64,000 bases of DNA from a virus, in IMG/VR virus record IMGVR_UViG_3300023179_000093, positions 1 through 64,000 of that record. One strand, given 5' to 3'. Below the pieces are notes generated by a model, which saw only the letters and a list, made by a program, of their open reading frames with translations, was not told where the DNA came from and searched no databases. The first letter of the stretch is position 1. Each line of letters opens with the position of its first letter. This document shows, piece by piece, positions 10,749 through 19,279 of this stretch. Made by a program: the position numbers and the translations under genes.

Positions 10749-10796
10749 TTAAAACAAAGAAACGAAACACAATTACTGGCAACAGAACCAGTAACC

Positions 10797-11024
10797 TTAC
10801 CCATACCATTCCAGTTCAAGCTCCATGTCATTGTCTTCCCCTTGGGATGCAAGGATCTGAAACCCCTTATGTTTGAGAACTTCATCGGACAATTCGCACA
10901 AAGCTTTACGACTAATATTTAATTTTCCGCCATTGTCTAAAATAGACGCCGCCAAAAAAATCCGTAGCAATTTAACGCCAGACGGGCTTTCTCCGTAAAG
11001 GGTATAGATCTCGTTCTTGCCCAC
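10797..11024 (-). CDS. Hypothetical protein
   Basis: 75 aa ORF filling the gap between plus-strand genes. Confidence 0.5.
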   Translation of the reverse strand: MGKNEIYTLYGESPSGVKLLRIFLAASILDNGGKLNISRKALCELSDEVLKHKGFQILASQGEDNDMELELEWYG

Positions 11025-11069
11025 AAAAGCATCTTGAATCTTGCAAAGCCTGTGTCAAGATAGGCTGAA

Positions 11070-11414
11070 ATGAAACTTAAAAATCCCTTTTTGAGGCCTC
11101 CGACAGGATGGGTGTTTACCGACTATGACTTAAAAGAAACTATCTCTGGCGTAAATCTTCGAGAGCTTATTGAAAATATCAATAAGGCTAGGCTAGACAA
11201 AAACCTAGCTAAACTAGAAAACGCAGAGCAAGTAATCCAAGACCAACTTTGCGACATTCTTGGCTCTTCCTATTGCGACGAAAAAGGTCTTGGGGATTAT
11301 GTCCACGACATTGCTCAGCCGATCGCCAAGATAATTGATTCCGTGGCCAATACAAATGTGCAAGGTTGCGGTGGATGTGCCCAACGCAGAGCCAAGTTAA
11401 ACCTTAAAAAATAA
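11070..11414 (+). CDS. Hypothetical Cys-motif protein
   Basis: C-terminal GCGGCAQRR motif. Confidence 0.65.
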   Translation: MKLKNPFLRPPTGWVFTDYDLKETISGVNLRELIENINKARLDKNLAKLENAEQVIQDQLCDILGSSYCDEKGLGDYVHDIAQPIAKIIDSVANTNVQGCGGCAQRRAKLNLKK

Positions 11415-11415
11415 A

Positions 11416-11736
11416 CTAAGGTTCAATCCTAGGAAGCTGTAAATCCAAGGGCACAAACACTGACTCGGTGAATCGGATTTGTAAGCCAATCCCATAATCG
11501 TTGGAGACACCTTGGAGGAAGTCGGGTGACCCGACTGGTCCGTAGTCATTGGTGAATGAGTAGAGGAACTCTGGTGCCCCCCAAGGGCCAAAGTCGTTGG
11601 CGGTGGACATTAACAAGTCTGGGTTGGCCGATAGAAGGGGAGCCGAAGCTCTCGTAAGGATTAACTCATTTCGGGTCAAGACCTGGGCTGAACACGGAAG
11701 TCCCAACAACAATAAAGCTAGAACTACGCGCCCCAT
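11416..11736 (-). CDS. Putative secreted protein with ND[FY]GP repeats
   Basis: Signal-peptide-like start MGRVVLALLLLGLPCSA; three ND[FY]G repeats. Start moved from 11841 to avoid overlap with the next gene. Confidence 0.55.
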   Translation of the reverse strand: MGRVVLALLLLGLPCSAQVLTRNELILTRASAPLLSANPDLLMSTANDFGPWGAPEFLYSFTNDYGPVGSPDFLQGVSNDYGIGLQIRFTESVFVPLDLQLPRIEP

Positions 11737-11948
11737 AAATCCTCTGGGGATAGGGGTTCGGTGGATTGCTTTACTGGGTAGTCTTGGTCTACCTGGTCGG
11801 ACAGCCATTCCATGCAGACTCCGTCTTTCTCCACAGCACAAGTTTCATGGCCTTTGTCGCAGGTATGTATGGCTGGCTCATCGGCCGCCCAAGACCAATA
11901 CCCATACCGAAGGAGCTTGTCGGTTAGATCTGGTTTAGACTGATTCAT
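11724..11948 (-). CDS. Hypothetical protein
   Basis: Tightly packed ORF with a CxxxHxxC...C pattern. Confidence 0.55.
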   Translation of the reverse strand: MNQSKPDLTDKLLRYGYWSWAADEPAIHTCDKGHETCAVEKDGVCMEWLSDQVDQDYPVKQSTEPLSPEDLWGA

Positions 11949-12318
11949 TAAACATCTCCGGGTTGTATTCCATAAATAGCTTTAGCCACAAATCCGAATA
12001 GGCTTGGGTTTTTCTTTGCTGGTGAGGGCTTTCAGAAATCTCGTCTTTGAAATTTGGATAGGTGACTGTTTCGGAAAGCGTTGCAAGCGTTGTTGCAAGA
12101 TCCTCTTTGGTTTCAAGATAGATGCGATGCGGATAATCTGATTTGTCATATGAATGAATTTCAATCTCCTCTTTTATTTTTGGTTGAATCAAATCGACTA
12201 GACGAATTAAGTCGTCTTTGTCTCTGGCTCTGACCACGAACAGCTTGTGGCCGTCGAGGTCGATATGGTGTTCTTTCTCAACGATCGAGAAGAAACCAAT
12301 GTTGGTGGCTATCCACAT
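11935..12318 (-). CDS. Conserved phage hypothetical protein
   Basis: Start MWIATNIGFFSIV after a GGAGG RBS; VRAR...DYP.R...YPNFK motifs. Confidence 0.65.
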   Translation of the reverse strand: MWIATNIGFFSIVEKEHHIDLDGHKLFVVRARDKDDLIRLVDLIQPKIKEEIEIHSYDKSDYPHRIYLETKEDLATTLATLSETVTYPNFKDEISESPHQQRKTQAYSDLWLKLFMEYNPEMFNESV

Positions 12319-13880
12319 AGTTTTGTTGCCTCCTTTATTCTTCTTCCGATCCATTCCATGCAGGGAACGGCCATCGAGTTTCCTAAAGCTTTGTAGCGGT
12401 GTCCGTCCGGGCATTCCTCCTTGGGCTTGCCCTTCCAAGAGATCAAGGTATGCCCATCGGGGAAACCTTGCAAACGCTCGCATTCCGTGACTGTTAAGCG
12501 GCGAACCGCAAACTTTACCCTCGAATCAATCACCCCTCCAGTGTGGCAAATGTCCGAGGCTGTTGACCGAATAGGCACGGCTTTCTCCTGCAAGCATTGA
12601 TTATAGGTGTCAACCGCCATCACTTTAGGGCCACTGGTATTGGTTCCTCCGCAAGCCTCGGTAAGGGTAGCGGCTACTTGTCCTCCTATTGTTTGATTGT
12701 AAACATCAACGGCTACTGCCACTTGGTTGTCTCCCATATCGCTTCGGAGAGTAGGGGATACTTCTTCGACAAACCGACTATCTTTACCTTCTCTCTTGGC
12801 AATTCCAGGCTCAAAGGCAATTGTGCCAGCAGTCTCTTGAACCAGTGGGATATTCCCACCTCCAGTTCCGTAACGAGATACACAGCTGGGAGCCACTTCC
12901 AATGGTCCAGTAACTCGGCTATCGTTTGGGTGATTCTCATAAAGCACTGCGTGTTTGTCTCCTTTGGTAAGGGTGGGGCAAGGATCTCCGTCTTTTCCAA
13001 CTCCTAGGCCGTTGCCTTTGCCGTCTTGTTTTTCGCCCCGCTTACCAGCGTGACGAGTAGCTTGATCGTGAATTGGGATTGCCGATTTGACCAGCAATCG
13101 ACCCGTGGTGAGGTCTTGGTTCCCAATCCCCTTGTAATCCCTCGCTAGAAGGGTGTCGCAGGGAGACTCTGGGTTTGTCCAATAATTCTCGGCTACGGAG
13201 TCTGAACTTTGACCGCTGTCTCGAGAGCTTCCTGAAGCATGGGTGGAAGTTTCTTTCCCCGCACTTCGGCTCGGCGCAGAATCCCTTCGCAAGCTCGCCC
13301 ACTCAAATAAAACTTTTGTGGGATCTCCGTAGTCTCGAGGACATGCGACAAGGAAACAACGCTTGCGTCGTTGGGCCACACCGAAATATTGGGCATCCAA
13401 GCATCGCCAAGCGATTGACCTTTTGGGGCCAAACACACAACCAGCGTCTTTCCACTTGCCCCCTGGTGGTTGTAGCTCGCCGTCTTCACCGGCAAGTGCT
13501 CCCAGAAAGCACCCAAATCCGTTGTCTTTAGAGGTGAACACTCCTGGGACGTTTTCCCAGACAATCCAGTTTGGGTTGAAGTGGTCGGCGATTCGGACAA
13601 AGGTGAGGGTGAGACCGCCTCGGGGGTCGTCGAGTCCTTTCCGCAATCCCGCCACGCTGAACGCCTGACAAGGCGTTCCTCCGACCAAAAGGTCGATTGT
13701 TCCAAGTTTCCAGTCTTCATATTTGCTCATATCTCCTAGGTTAGGAACCTCTGGCCAGTGGTGCTTGAGCACCGCTGACGGGAAAGGTTCGATTTCTGAA
13801 AAGGCAACTGGCTTCCAACCAAGCTTCTCCCAAGCTACGGAAGCCGCCTCGATGCCCGAACAAACGGAGAGGTATCTCAC
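12309..13880 (-). CDS. dcm: DNA (cytosine-5)-methyltransferase
   Basis: Motif I CSGIE, catalytic GTPCQAFS, WENVPG, Q.R.R, motif IX RRLT..ECERLQGFPD, motif X ALGNS. Confidence 0.93.
   Translation of the reverse strand: MRYLSVCSGIEAASVAWEKLGWKPVAFSEIEPFPSAVLKHHWPEVPNLGDMSKYEDWKLGTIDLLVGGTPCQAFSVAGLRKGLDDPRGGLTLTFVRIADHFNPNWIVWENVPGVFTSKDNGFGCFLGALAGEDGELQPPGGKWKDAGCVFGPKRSIAWRCLDAQYFGVAQRRKRCFLVACPRDYGDPTKVLFEWASLRRDSAPSRSAGKETSTHASGSSRDSGQSSDSVAENYWTNPESPCDTLLARDYKGIGNQDLTTGRLLVKSAIPIHDQATRHAGKRGEKQDGKGNGLGVGKDGDPCPTLTKGDKHAVLYENHPNDSRVTGPLEVAPSCVSRYGTGGGNIPLVQETAGTIAFEPGIAKREGKDSRFVEEVSPTLRSDMGDNQVAVAVDVYNQTIGGQVAATLTEACGGTNTSGPKVMAVDTYNQCLQEKAVPIRSTASDICHTGGVIDSRVKFAVRRLTVTECERLQGFPDGHTLISWKGKPKEECPDGHRYKALGNSMAVPCMEWIGRRIKEATKLCG
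13193..13720 (-). CDS. Alternative-frame ORF nested in the MTase (M.EcoHK31I beta-like)
   Basis: 175 aa same-strand, different-frame ORF ending SLSHVLET...FYLS..ACEGILRRA..RGKKLP..L. Confidence 0.6.
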   Translation of the reverse strand: MKTGNLEQSTFWSEERLVRRSAWRDCGKDSTTPEAVSPSPLSESPTTSTQTGLSGKTSQECSPLKTTDLGAFWEHLPVKTASYNHQGASGKTLVVCLAPKGQSLGDAWMPNISVWPNDASVVSLSHVLETTEIPQKFYLSGRACEGILRRAEVRGKKLPPMLQEALETAVKVQTP

Positions 13881-14614
13881 AAGAGAACCTCTTCTTTCTT
13901 TTTCCGAGAGTAACCAGTGAAGCCACCAGACTTACGCAACAACGACCTTGCTCTGGACGCTTCTGACCCAGCGGGTTGTGTGCCGTGGATTAATAGGGCA
14001 AACGATCGGTCGTTTGGTCCATAAGCAAGGAAGTCATTGTGGTCAATTCCAAGGCCGCGGATGTTTGCCTCCGATTCGCTGAAAGCCACATACGAAGTCT
14101 TGAGGTTGTGACTTTCCGCCAACTCATCATGTGTTCCGCCAAGGCTTGCGGTTAGCCGAATGTTTGACGGCAATTTGTCAAGACGAGCCAACCAAAAAGG
14201 AATTGCTTTGGTGTATGCGTAAAAAAGAACCGAGGGTTTTCGGCGAGCTACTTCCAGCCAAGCGTCAAAATACGATTGGTTAAAGAAGTCGCCCGACTCG
14301 TGGATCCGAACTATCTTGGCGACTTTGGGTAAAGAAGCCTCGATCAAATCGGCCATCTCTTGGGTCGTCGATTTCCACAATAACCCAAAGTTGTGCCAAC
14401 GGGTCTTTCTGGCATTGGGTGACCTAGCCTCATCGCTGGCGGCAAAACAGCGGAAACGGCAATGCTTGCCGTCCACAATCTTGCCAGTCAGCGGATTGGC
14501 TTTGGACAGACACTCCTTGGCAAAAGGGCAAGTGTGCCCAGCGGGAAGGTTAAAGATATGAATACCCTTACCCAGCTTGGCGTTGCCTCTTTTGAACTTA
14601 AGAAGGTTTTTCAC
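13877..14614 (-). CDS. Phage gp88-like protein
   Basis: GNAKL, TCP...C...CFA, RIHESGDF and FYAYTK motifs. Confidence 0.75.
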   Translation of the reverse strand: MKNLLKFKRGNAKLGKGIHIFNLPAGHTCPFAKECLSKANPLTGKIVDGKHCRFRCFAASDEARSPNARKTRWHNFGLLWKSTTQEMADLIEASLPKVAKIVRIHESGDFFNQSYFDAWLEVARRKPSVLFYAYTKAIPFWLARLDKLPSNIRLTASLGGTHDELAESHNLKTSYVAFSESEANIRGLGIDHNDFLAYGPNDRSFALLIHGTQPAGSEASRARSLLRKSGGFTGYSRKKKEEVLL

Positions 14615-14787
14615 TTAATGGTTTTTCCCTTTGAAGGAAGTTGGTGAATGTAATCCAGCATCCAGACAGAGATCTTTCGGTCGATCATCTCTAGGAAGCT
14701 GGGGGCAACTCGGGTGAACTTGTGGGATCGTTTACCCGCAAGCTCAAGAGCTAGCTCCTTACATTTCTTTTTGTTGATTAACTTCAC
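14611..14787 (-). CDS. Candidate minimal histone-fold protein
   Basis: Helix-RVA-long helix-GKTIK pattern; GTG start overlaps the upstream stop. Confidence 0.5.
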   Translation of the reverse strand: MKLINKKKCKELALELAGKRSHKFTRVAPSFLEMIDRKISVWMLDYIHQLPSKGKTIK

Positions 14788-15110
14788 AGCGAAGGGAGGG
14801 GTTGAACACGGAAGGTTGAGAAGGTTTGTTCCGTGTAGCATCCTTCAACGAGGGTTGCGGGTTCTTTGACCCCAAGCTCGGCTAACACCTCGATGAGCTT
14901 ATGCACATCAAGGTCACGCCGCCTTCCGTCGGAGGCTTTGACGACCCAATGATTTCCTTCGAAGACAGAGTTTCCCGTCTCCTGGTAGGATAACTTTAAG
15001 ATTGGGAGCACCGACTCCCGCACTTTCTCTGCATTGTTTCTCTTGCTGGTGGCCTCCCCAAACAGATCGATCTGATCTGTTGTTGGCCGTAGGGCGATAG
15101 TTGCTTTCAT
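14784..15110 (-). CDS. Hypothetical protein
   Basis: Start MKATIAL after an AAGGA RBS. Confidence 0.6.
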   Translation of the reverse strand: MKATIALRPTTDQIDLFGEATSKRNNAEKVRESVLPILKLSYQETGNSVFEGNHWVVKASDGRRRDLDVHKLIEVLAELGVKEPATLVEGCYTEQTFSTFRVQPLPSL

Positions 15111-15525
15111 TGTATCCTTTCGGTTTGAGTTTTGTTCTATTGGTTGGTTTGAAGTTATGTTTTTTGGCGTATTTGATGCTTCCTCGGTCAATCCCCCAGC
15201 GCCTTGCAATTACGGCTATTGGGACGCCGTCTTCAATGAGCTTCTTCCATTCTGCCCATCGTCCATGCACACTGGTTGGGTCTCGGTAATACTTTTGCTT
15301 TCCGTCCTTGTTGACATACGCCGTGATATGAGTTCGAACTTTGAAAGCTTTGTTAAGTTCTTCGGCCAAATCCTTGGTGGCTTTGGCGTAGCTCTGCAAA
15401 TCTCGTTCCGTCTTAAAGACAATCTGTTCAAGGTTATGGATGGAAGTTCGAAGGTTTCTAATTTGGTCGGTTAGAAGGGGAACAGCAGACTGCTCCACTA
15501 AAGCCTTGGTTTCGGGGGACATCAT
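14914..15525 (-). CDS. Coiled-coil plus HTH protein
   Basis: G.PIAVIARRWGIDRGSIKY HTH-like motif. The C-terminal tail overlaps the next gene. Confidence 0.55.
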   Translation of the reverse strand: MMSPETKALVEQSAVPLLTDQIRNLRTSIHNLEQIVFKTERDLQSYAKATKDLAEELNKAFKVRTHITAYVNKDGKQKYYRDPTSVHGRWAEWKKLIEDGVPIAVIARRWGIDRGSIKYAKKHNFKPTNRTKLKPKGYNESNYRPTANNRSDRSVWGGHQQEKQCRESAGVGAPNLKVILPGDGKLCLRRKSLGRQSLRRKAA

Positions 15526-15776
15526 GGGTTACTTTCCAAGAACTCAACGCACTGAGTAATGGCTTCAAATTGAGGTATCATTGGCGGATTTCCGTTTCTG
15601 CCAAAGTATTCGTTGAATACATCTTTCAAAACCGCAAACTCTTTTGTGTCTGATCCTTTCTTTATCTCCCGAATCTTTGATGCAATTTCTGGGATATTGG
15701 CATTCATATTCCACTCTTCGCACAATTCCAAAGCCCAAGGCCGCCAAGCATTGTAGAATTCTTTGCTGTAAGTCAT
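15522..15776 (-). CDS. Hypothetical protein
   Basis: Start MTYSKEF coupled to the upstream stop (ATGA). Confidence 0.6.
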   Translation of the reverse strand: MTYSKEFYNAWRPWALELCEEWNMNANIPEIASKIREIKKGSDTKEFAVLKDVFNEYFGRNGNPPMIPQFEAITQCVEFLESNP

Positions 15777-16021
15777 ACAGAAACCCACGATTGTTGGGCT
15801 ACCTTGAAAGGAATCCCCATCTCTTTTGCTTTCTGTTTAGCTTGTTTAAGCGTGGAAAAATGATTTCCCATAGGCTGGCCAACCCGATTAAGCCAAGACC
15901 CAAGCCAAACGATTTTGGAGTTGTGTTTAGATTTTCTGATAAACATTGTGTTCCTAGAATCGGCCAGCCACGGATTTGGGTTATTCAAGTTTAGTTTTAA
16001 GTCTTTGCTGTAAGTCATACA
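15760..16021. repeat. 20-bp direct repeat pair TCTTTGCTGTAAGTCATACA
   Basis: Exact copies at 15760-15779 and 16002-16021. Confidence 0.9.
15773..16018 (-). CDS. Hypothetical protein
   Basis: ATGA-coupled ORF. Confidence 0.55.
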   Translation of the reverse strand: MTYSKDLKLNLNNPNPWLADSRNTMFIRKSKHNSKIVWLGSWLNRVGQPMGNHFSTLKQAKQKAKEMGIPFKVAQQSWVSV

Positions 16022-16362
16022 TTGTTTGCCCTTTCTTCTGCTTTCTCATAGGTGTCGTGAAAGGCGGCTTCTTCAGCAGCTTTAATCAAACCTTCGTCAG
16101 GGTTGACGATTGGGGTATTGTCTTTATCCAAACTGATATGCAACTCTCCAAACTCAGCTTGGTTAAGCTCTGAGGTAAGCCAAATGCGGGTGTCGTTTTC
16201 CATGTGACCCCAGTATTCGTACCAGCCTATTCCGACATCTTCTTCAACAAGGTTATGGGTTACAAAAGTTGACACCCGGTAATCCTGGTCATCGTAAGTA
16301 AACTTAACATGTTCTGCTTCACACTCTTCAGAAGTAACTGGGTCTCGTAAATGACGCCTCAT
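16015..16362 (-). CDS. Hypothetical protein
   Basis: Acidic ATGA-coupled ORF. Confidence 0.6.
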   Translation of the reverse strand: MRRHLRDPVTSEECEAEHVKFTYDDQDYRVSTFVTHNLVEEDVGIGWYEYWGHMENDTRIWLTSELNQAEFGELHISLDKDNTPIVNPDEGLIKAAEEAAFHDTYEKAEERANNV

Positions 16363-16556
16363 AACTGAACCTTGTGATGGTCCTTTATTGACGCAGACTT
16401 GTCAAGAAGAAGTCTTAAAGCAAAGAGCTCAGATTTCAGCCGAGCATTTTCATCACGGATGTTTTGAGTCGCTTCGCTGTAATACTCTTGCCTTGCTTCA
16501 TCGGCGACTTGTGCCGCCATCTGGCTTCTCCATTGGCCGTAGGTGATTCCGTTCAT
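16359..16556 (-). CDS. Hypothetical protein
   Basis: GAGG RBS; packed ORF. Confidence 0.55.
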   Translation of the reverse strand: MNGITYGQWRSQMAAQVADEARQEYYSEATQNIRDENARLKSELFALRLLLDKSASIKDHHKVQL

Positions 16557-16560
16557 TATT

Positions 16561-16872
16561 TTACCTCTTTCTTTTTGTTTCTACTGCTTCTTTTATGGCT
16601 TCGGACAATTCTTTAAGTAAATCTTCTGCTTCGTCTAAGCCAAGAAAGTATGTTGCGTTTGTATGTGGGAACGAAAAGGGAAGGCAATGTATATGCTTCT
16701 GTATGTCTAACTGGACAACTCCTTTAGATCCTTCTACAGAAATATCCGTAGTTCCCCAAGTGTCTCCGTTATAGTTTACACCGCCATCTTCGCATTGAGA
16801 AATGTGTTGTCCCCAATCGTCAATAAAAGCAACATTGTCTTTAACTATGGATTCTTGAATAGTGTCACTCAT
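16561..16872 (-). CDS. Hypothetical protein
   Basis: Packed ORF. Confidence 0.6.
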   Translation of the reverse strand: MSDTIQESIVKDNVAFIDDWGQHISQCEDGGVNYNGDTWGTTDISVEGSKGVVQLDIQKHIHCLPFSFPHTNATYFLGLDEAEDLLKELSEAIKEAVETKRKR

Positions 16873-17093
16873 CCTTGAAACTCCAGCAATTTAATTGGGG
16901 ACGAAGATGATGCCACAACATCAATGTAAATCTCCCGTCCTTCCCAAGATTCGTCATTATCAAAGGCTGATTTTCTTAGCCAATGCTTAAACAAGCATAC
17001 TGCTTGTGCTTTGGTTTTATCTTTATAAACCTGTGCACTATTCTCGTCGTCGGATAAGCGTCCGACAACCAATACAGACTTTAATTTCTTCAT
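16869..17093 (-). CDS. Hypothetical protein
   Basis: GGAGG RBS; packed ORF. Confidence 0.6.
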   Translation of the reverse strand: MKKLKSVLVVGRLSDDENSAQVYKDKTKAQAVCLFKHWLRKSAFDNDESWEGREIYIDVVASSSSPIKLLEFQG

Positions 17094-17102
17094 GTAACCT
17101 CC

Positions 17103-17357
17103 TTATGTGATTGGTGCTTTTGGGTAGTAGGCTTTTGCTTCGCCAAGGGTTTCAAACTCAGCCAGCAATTGCCGATACCCGGTTGATGTAATTTCCAAAG
17201 ACTGAATGTTTTTGTTGTGGTAAGTGTAATACCGATACACCTTGAACCCCTTCAACAAAGGTTCCCCATCTTCATCGTAACCCCAATCTCTTTCGATGAC
17301 GGTCTTTTGTTTGTCGGTTGTTTTGGCCGTAAGCAAATTAAAAAGCGGAAAGTTCAT
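17103..17357 (-). CDS. Hypothetical protein
   Basis: GGAGG RBS; packed ORF. Confidence 0.6.
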   Translation of the reverse strand: MNFPLFNLLTAKTTDKQKTVIERDWGYDEDGEPLLKGFKVYRYYTYHNKNIQSLEITSTGYRQLLAEFETLGEAKAYYPKAPIT

Positions 17358-18175
17358 TTGTCCTCCTTTGGGCTAAAGATCTTTTTTATGAAGCCTATTG
17401 GGCAACCCATAGTTTTCTGGTGATCCTTAAACTTGTTTCCGTAAATATCGATTCCATCTGTGTAGCGATGCCCCATTGAATGAGGGTTATGATAAGCGTC
17501 TACTTCTTTTCTTTCTTTCCCAAATAAAAAAGCTGTTATTCGTTCCGATTGTAAAACCTCTTTGCTTATAACCTCTTCGTCTACTTTTAAAGAATAACTA
17601 TCGGCAAAATATCGAGGGTAAGGAAGCATATACCCAATAGGAGTTCCTTTGTTAATCTGAATTAAATGATTTGGTCTTGTTATTTTAAGCGTAAAAGCAA
17701 AATTGCGTCGTAAATTATCTGTCTCCACAACTGCGGACATAAAAGAAATGCCATCAATAAAATAATTTGGGGGGTTGGTTATTAAAGTATTGACCCCTTT
17801 AGGCGTTCGAATAAGCCAAGGTGTTTCAACTGTAAAAGTTCCCATTCCGAAATTAGAAGTAATGTTTTGGTGCCTTGGGTTTTTTTCGTTATGGGTAATT
17901 GTTACGCCTTCTTGTTCTTCTCGCCCATTCCAAAAAACACTAAAATTATAAGCCGCCAACAATACAAAACCATATTGATTAGCAATTAATAACGGCAAAC
18001 AAAAATAAGCCTGTTTCGAAAACCAATCTCTTTTCTTTTGTCCGTTTAGGTTAAGGATTAACTCTTTAGGATAGTGTTTGCATGCATCGTTGTGGGTAAT
18101 AGCCAACAAAGTATTTGGCGGAACATCAACTAAGTCTGGGATGTTGCCTTTGATGCTAAGTCTTTGTTGTTTCAT
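17354..18175 (-). CDS. DUF6065-like protein
   Basis: RDWF...AYFCLPL..ANQYG, PPNYF.DG and VVETD motifs; visibly AT-rich. Confidence 0.7.
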   Translation of the reverse strand: MKQQRLSIKGNIPDLVDVPPNTLLAITHNDACKHYPKELILNLNGQKKRDWFSKQAYFCLPLLIANQYGFVLLAAYNFSVFWNGREEQEGVTITHNEKNPRHQNITSNFGMGTFTVETPWLIRTPKGVNTLITNPPNYFIDGISFMSAVVETDNLRRNFAFTLKITRPNHLIQINKGTPIGYMLPYPRYFADSYSLKVDEEVISKEVLQSERITAFLFGKERKEVDAYHNPHSMGHRYTDGIDIYGNKFKDHQKTMGCPIGFIKKIFSPKEDK

Positions 18176-18181
18176 TTAATG

Positions 18182-18418
18182 CTATCCTTGTATTACAGCT
18201 ACTCGGCCACGCACTGGATCGTTGATGAAGCGAACGAGTTTGGCAAATCCACGGAACACGCAGCGGGGTTGCCGTTTGTTCTCGTGGGATTCCATGTTCA
18301 CGCTTTCACTGATGAAGTGATTGACTAAGTGGCAAGCGTTCTTCCAGTGAAGCGTAAGGACATTTCGTCCAGACGATCGACTGGCTTGTTTGTTGTAGTG
18401 AATGAAGAAGCGTCTCAT
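18182..18418 (-). CDS. Hypothetical protein
   Basis: FFIHYNK.AS...LHW...C; packed ORF. Confidence 0.6.
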   Translation of the reverse strand: MRRFFIHYNKQASRSSGRNVLTLHWKNACHLVNHFISESVNMESHENKRQPRCVFRGFAKLVRFINDPVRGRVAVIQG

Positions 18419-18609
18419 TATGGGTTCCGTTCAGTTAAGGTTTGCAATACCTTCTGGCTGGTTGGGCATTCGGTTAAAGCGGAATCTCTTAGGCGTTCAG
18501 CAATCTCGGTTCGGCGTAGCAAAGTCTTGCCGACATCACGAGCCAAAGCCGAGCGACTGGCGATCTTCCGTTTCATCGAAAACCAAACACCGCCAGAATG
18601 TTTCTTCAT
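18418..18609 (-). CDS. Hypothetical protein
   Basis: Start and stop both coupled to neighbours. Confidence 0.45.
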   Translation of the reverse strand: MKKHSGGVWFSMKRKIASRSALARDVGKTLLRRTEIAERLRDSALTECPTSQKVLQTLTERNP

Positions 18610-18845
18610 TTGGCGTCGAGGTCGACTTGCTGGATATTAAGGAAGCCGGGTCCGTTACCCTCTTCATCCCGATAAACCCAAGCCACGGACGGCTTTCGGT
18701 CTTTGGGGTGGGACTTAAACACAAGTCCGTAGAGTGGCTGGCCGTCAATGCCTTCTTCGTCGCACACTACATCGACCAACACTTTGCCTTTTAACTGATT
18801 GTATTCGTTTAAGTAGGGGTCTTTCTTTGCTAGGCTCATAGCCAA
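18606..18845 (-). CDS. Hypothetical protein
   Basis: C-terminal DEEGNGPGFL motif. Confidence 0.6.
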   Translation of the reverse strand: MAMSLAKKDPYLNEYNQLKGKVLVDVVCDEEGIDGQPLYGLVFKSHPKDRKPSVAWVYRDEEGNGPGFLNIQQVDLDAK

Positions 18846-19279
18846 GCTCCTTTCTTCTTGGGGTTGGAGTATCTGGGAACGAAGTATTTGTCTCCGCTCC
18901 AGTCCACCTTGTCTTTATCAAGGGCTCGCTCAATGCCCACGATGTCGTGGACAAGCGAGAAAGTATGATCGCTTGAAAGCATCTCTTTCAGACGAAGCGG
19001 GTAGAACTTGCTGTGGCAAATGGCTAAACTAATGCCAGCGTTGGAAACAATAACTTTTACTCTGTTTCTCATCTTCCGCTGTTCTTCGCTATCATCAATT
19101 TGAGAGGCAATCTTTTCCATCTGATTGTGATACTTCATCACTACTTTACTTATCAATTTACTATCTGCCTTGGACACTCCCTCAATGGCCATACAGAATC
19201 TCTCAGTTCTATCCATCGAATTGGGAATTGTCTTGGACACAAGTCCTCTGCCTCCTGGGATATCAACTCTCTTTCTCAC
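18836..19279 (-). CDS. DUF6874-like protein
   Basis: H...PLRL..ML...F...HDI.GI...FVPRY pattern. Confidence 0.6.
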   Translation of the reverse strand: MRKRVDIPGGRGLVSKTIPNSMDRTERFCMAIEGVSKADSKLISKVVMKYHNQMEKIASQIDDSEEQRKMRNRVKVIVSNAGISLAICHSKFYPLRLKEMLSSDHTFSLVHDIVGIERALDKDKVDWSGDKYFVPRYSNPKKKGAWL

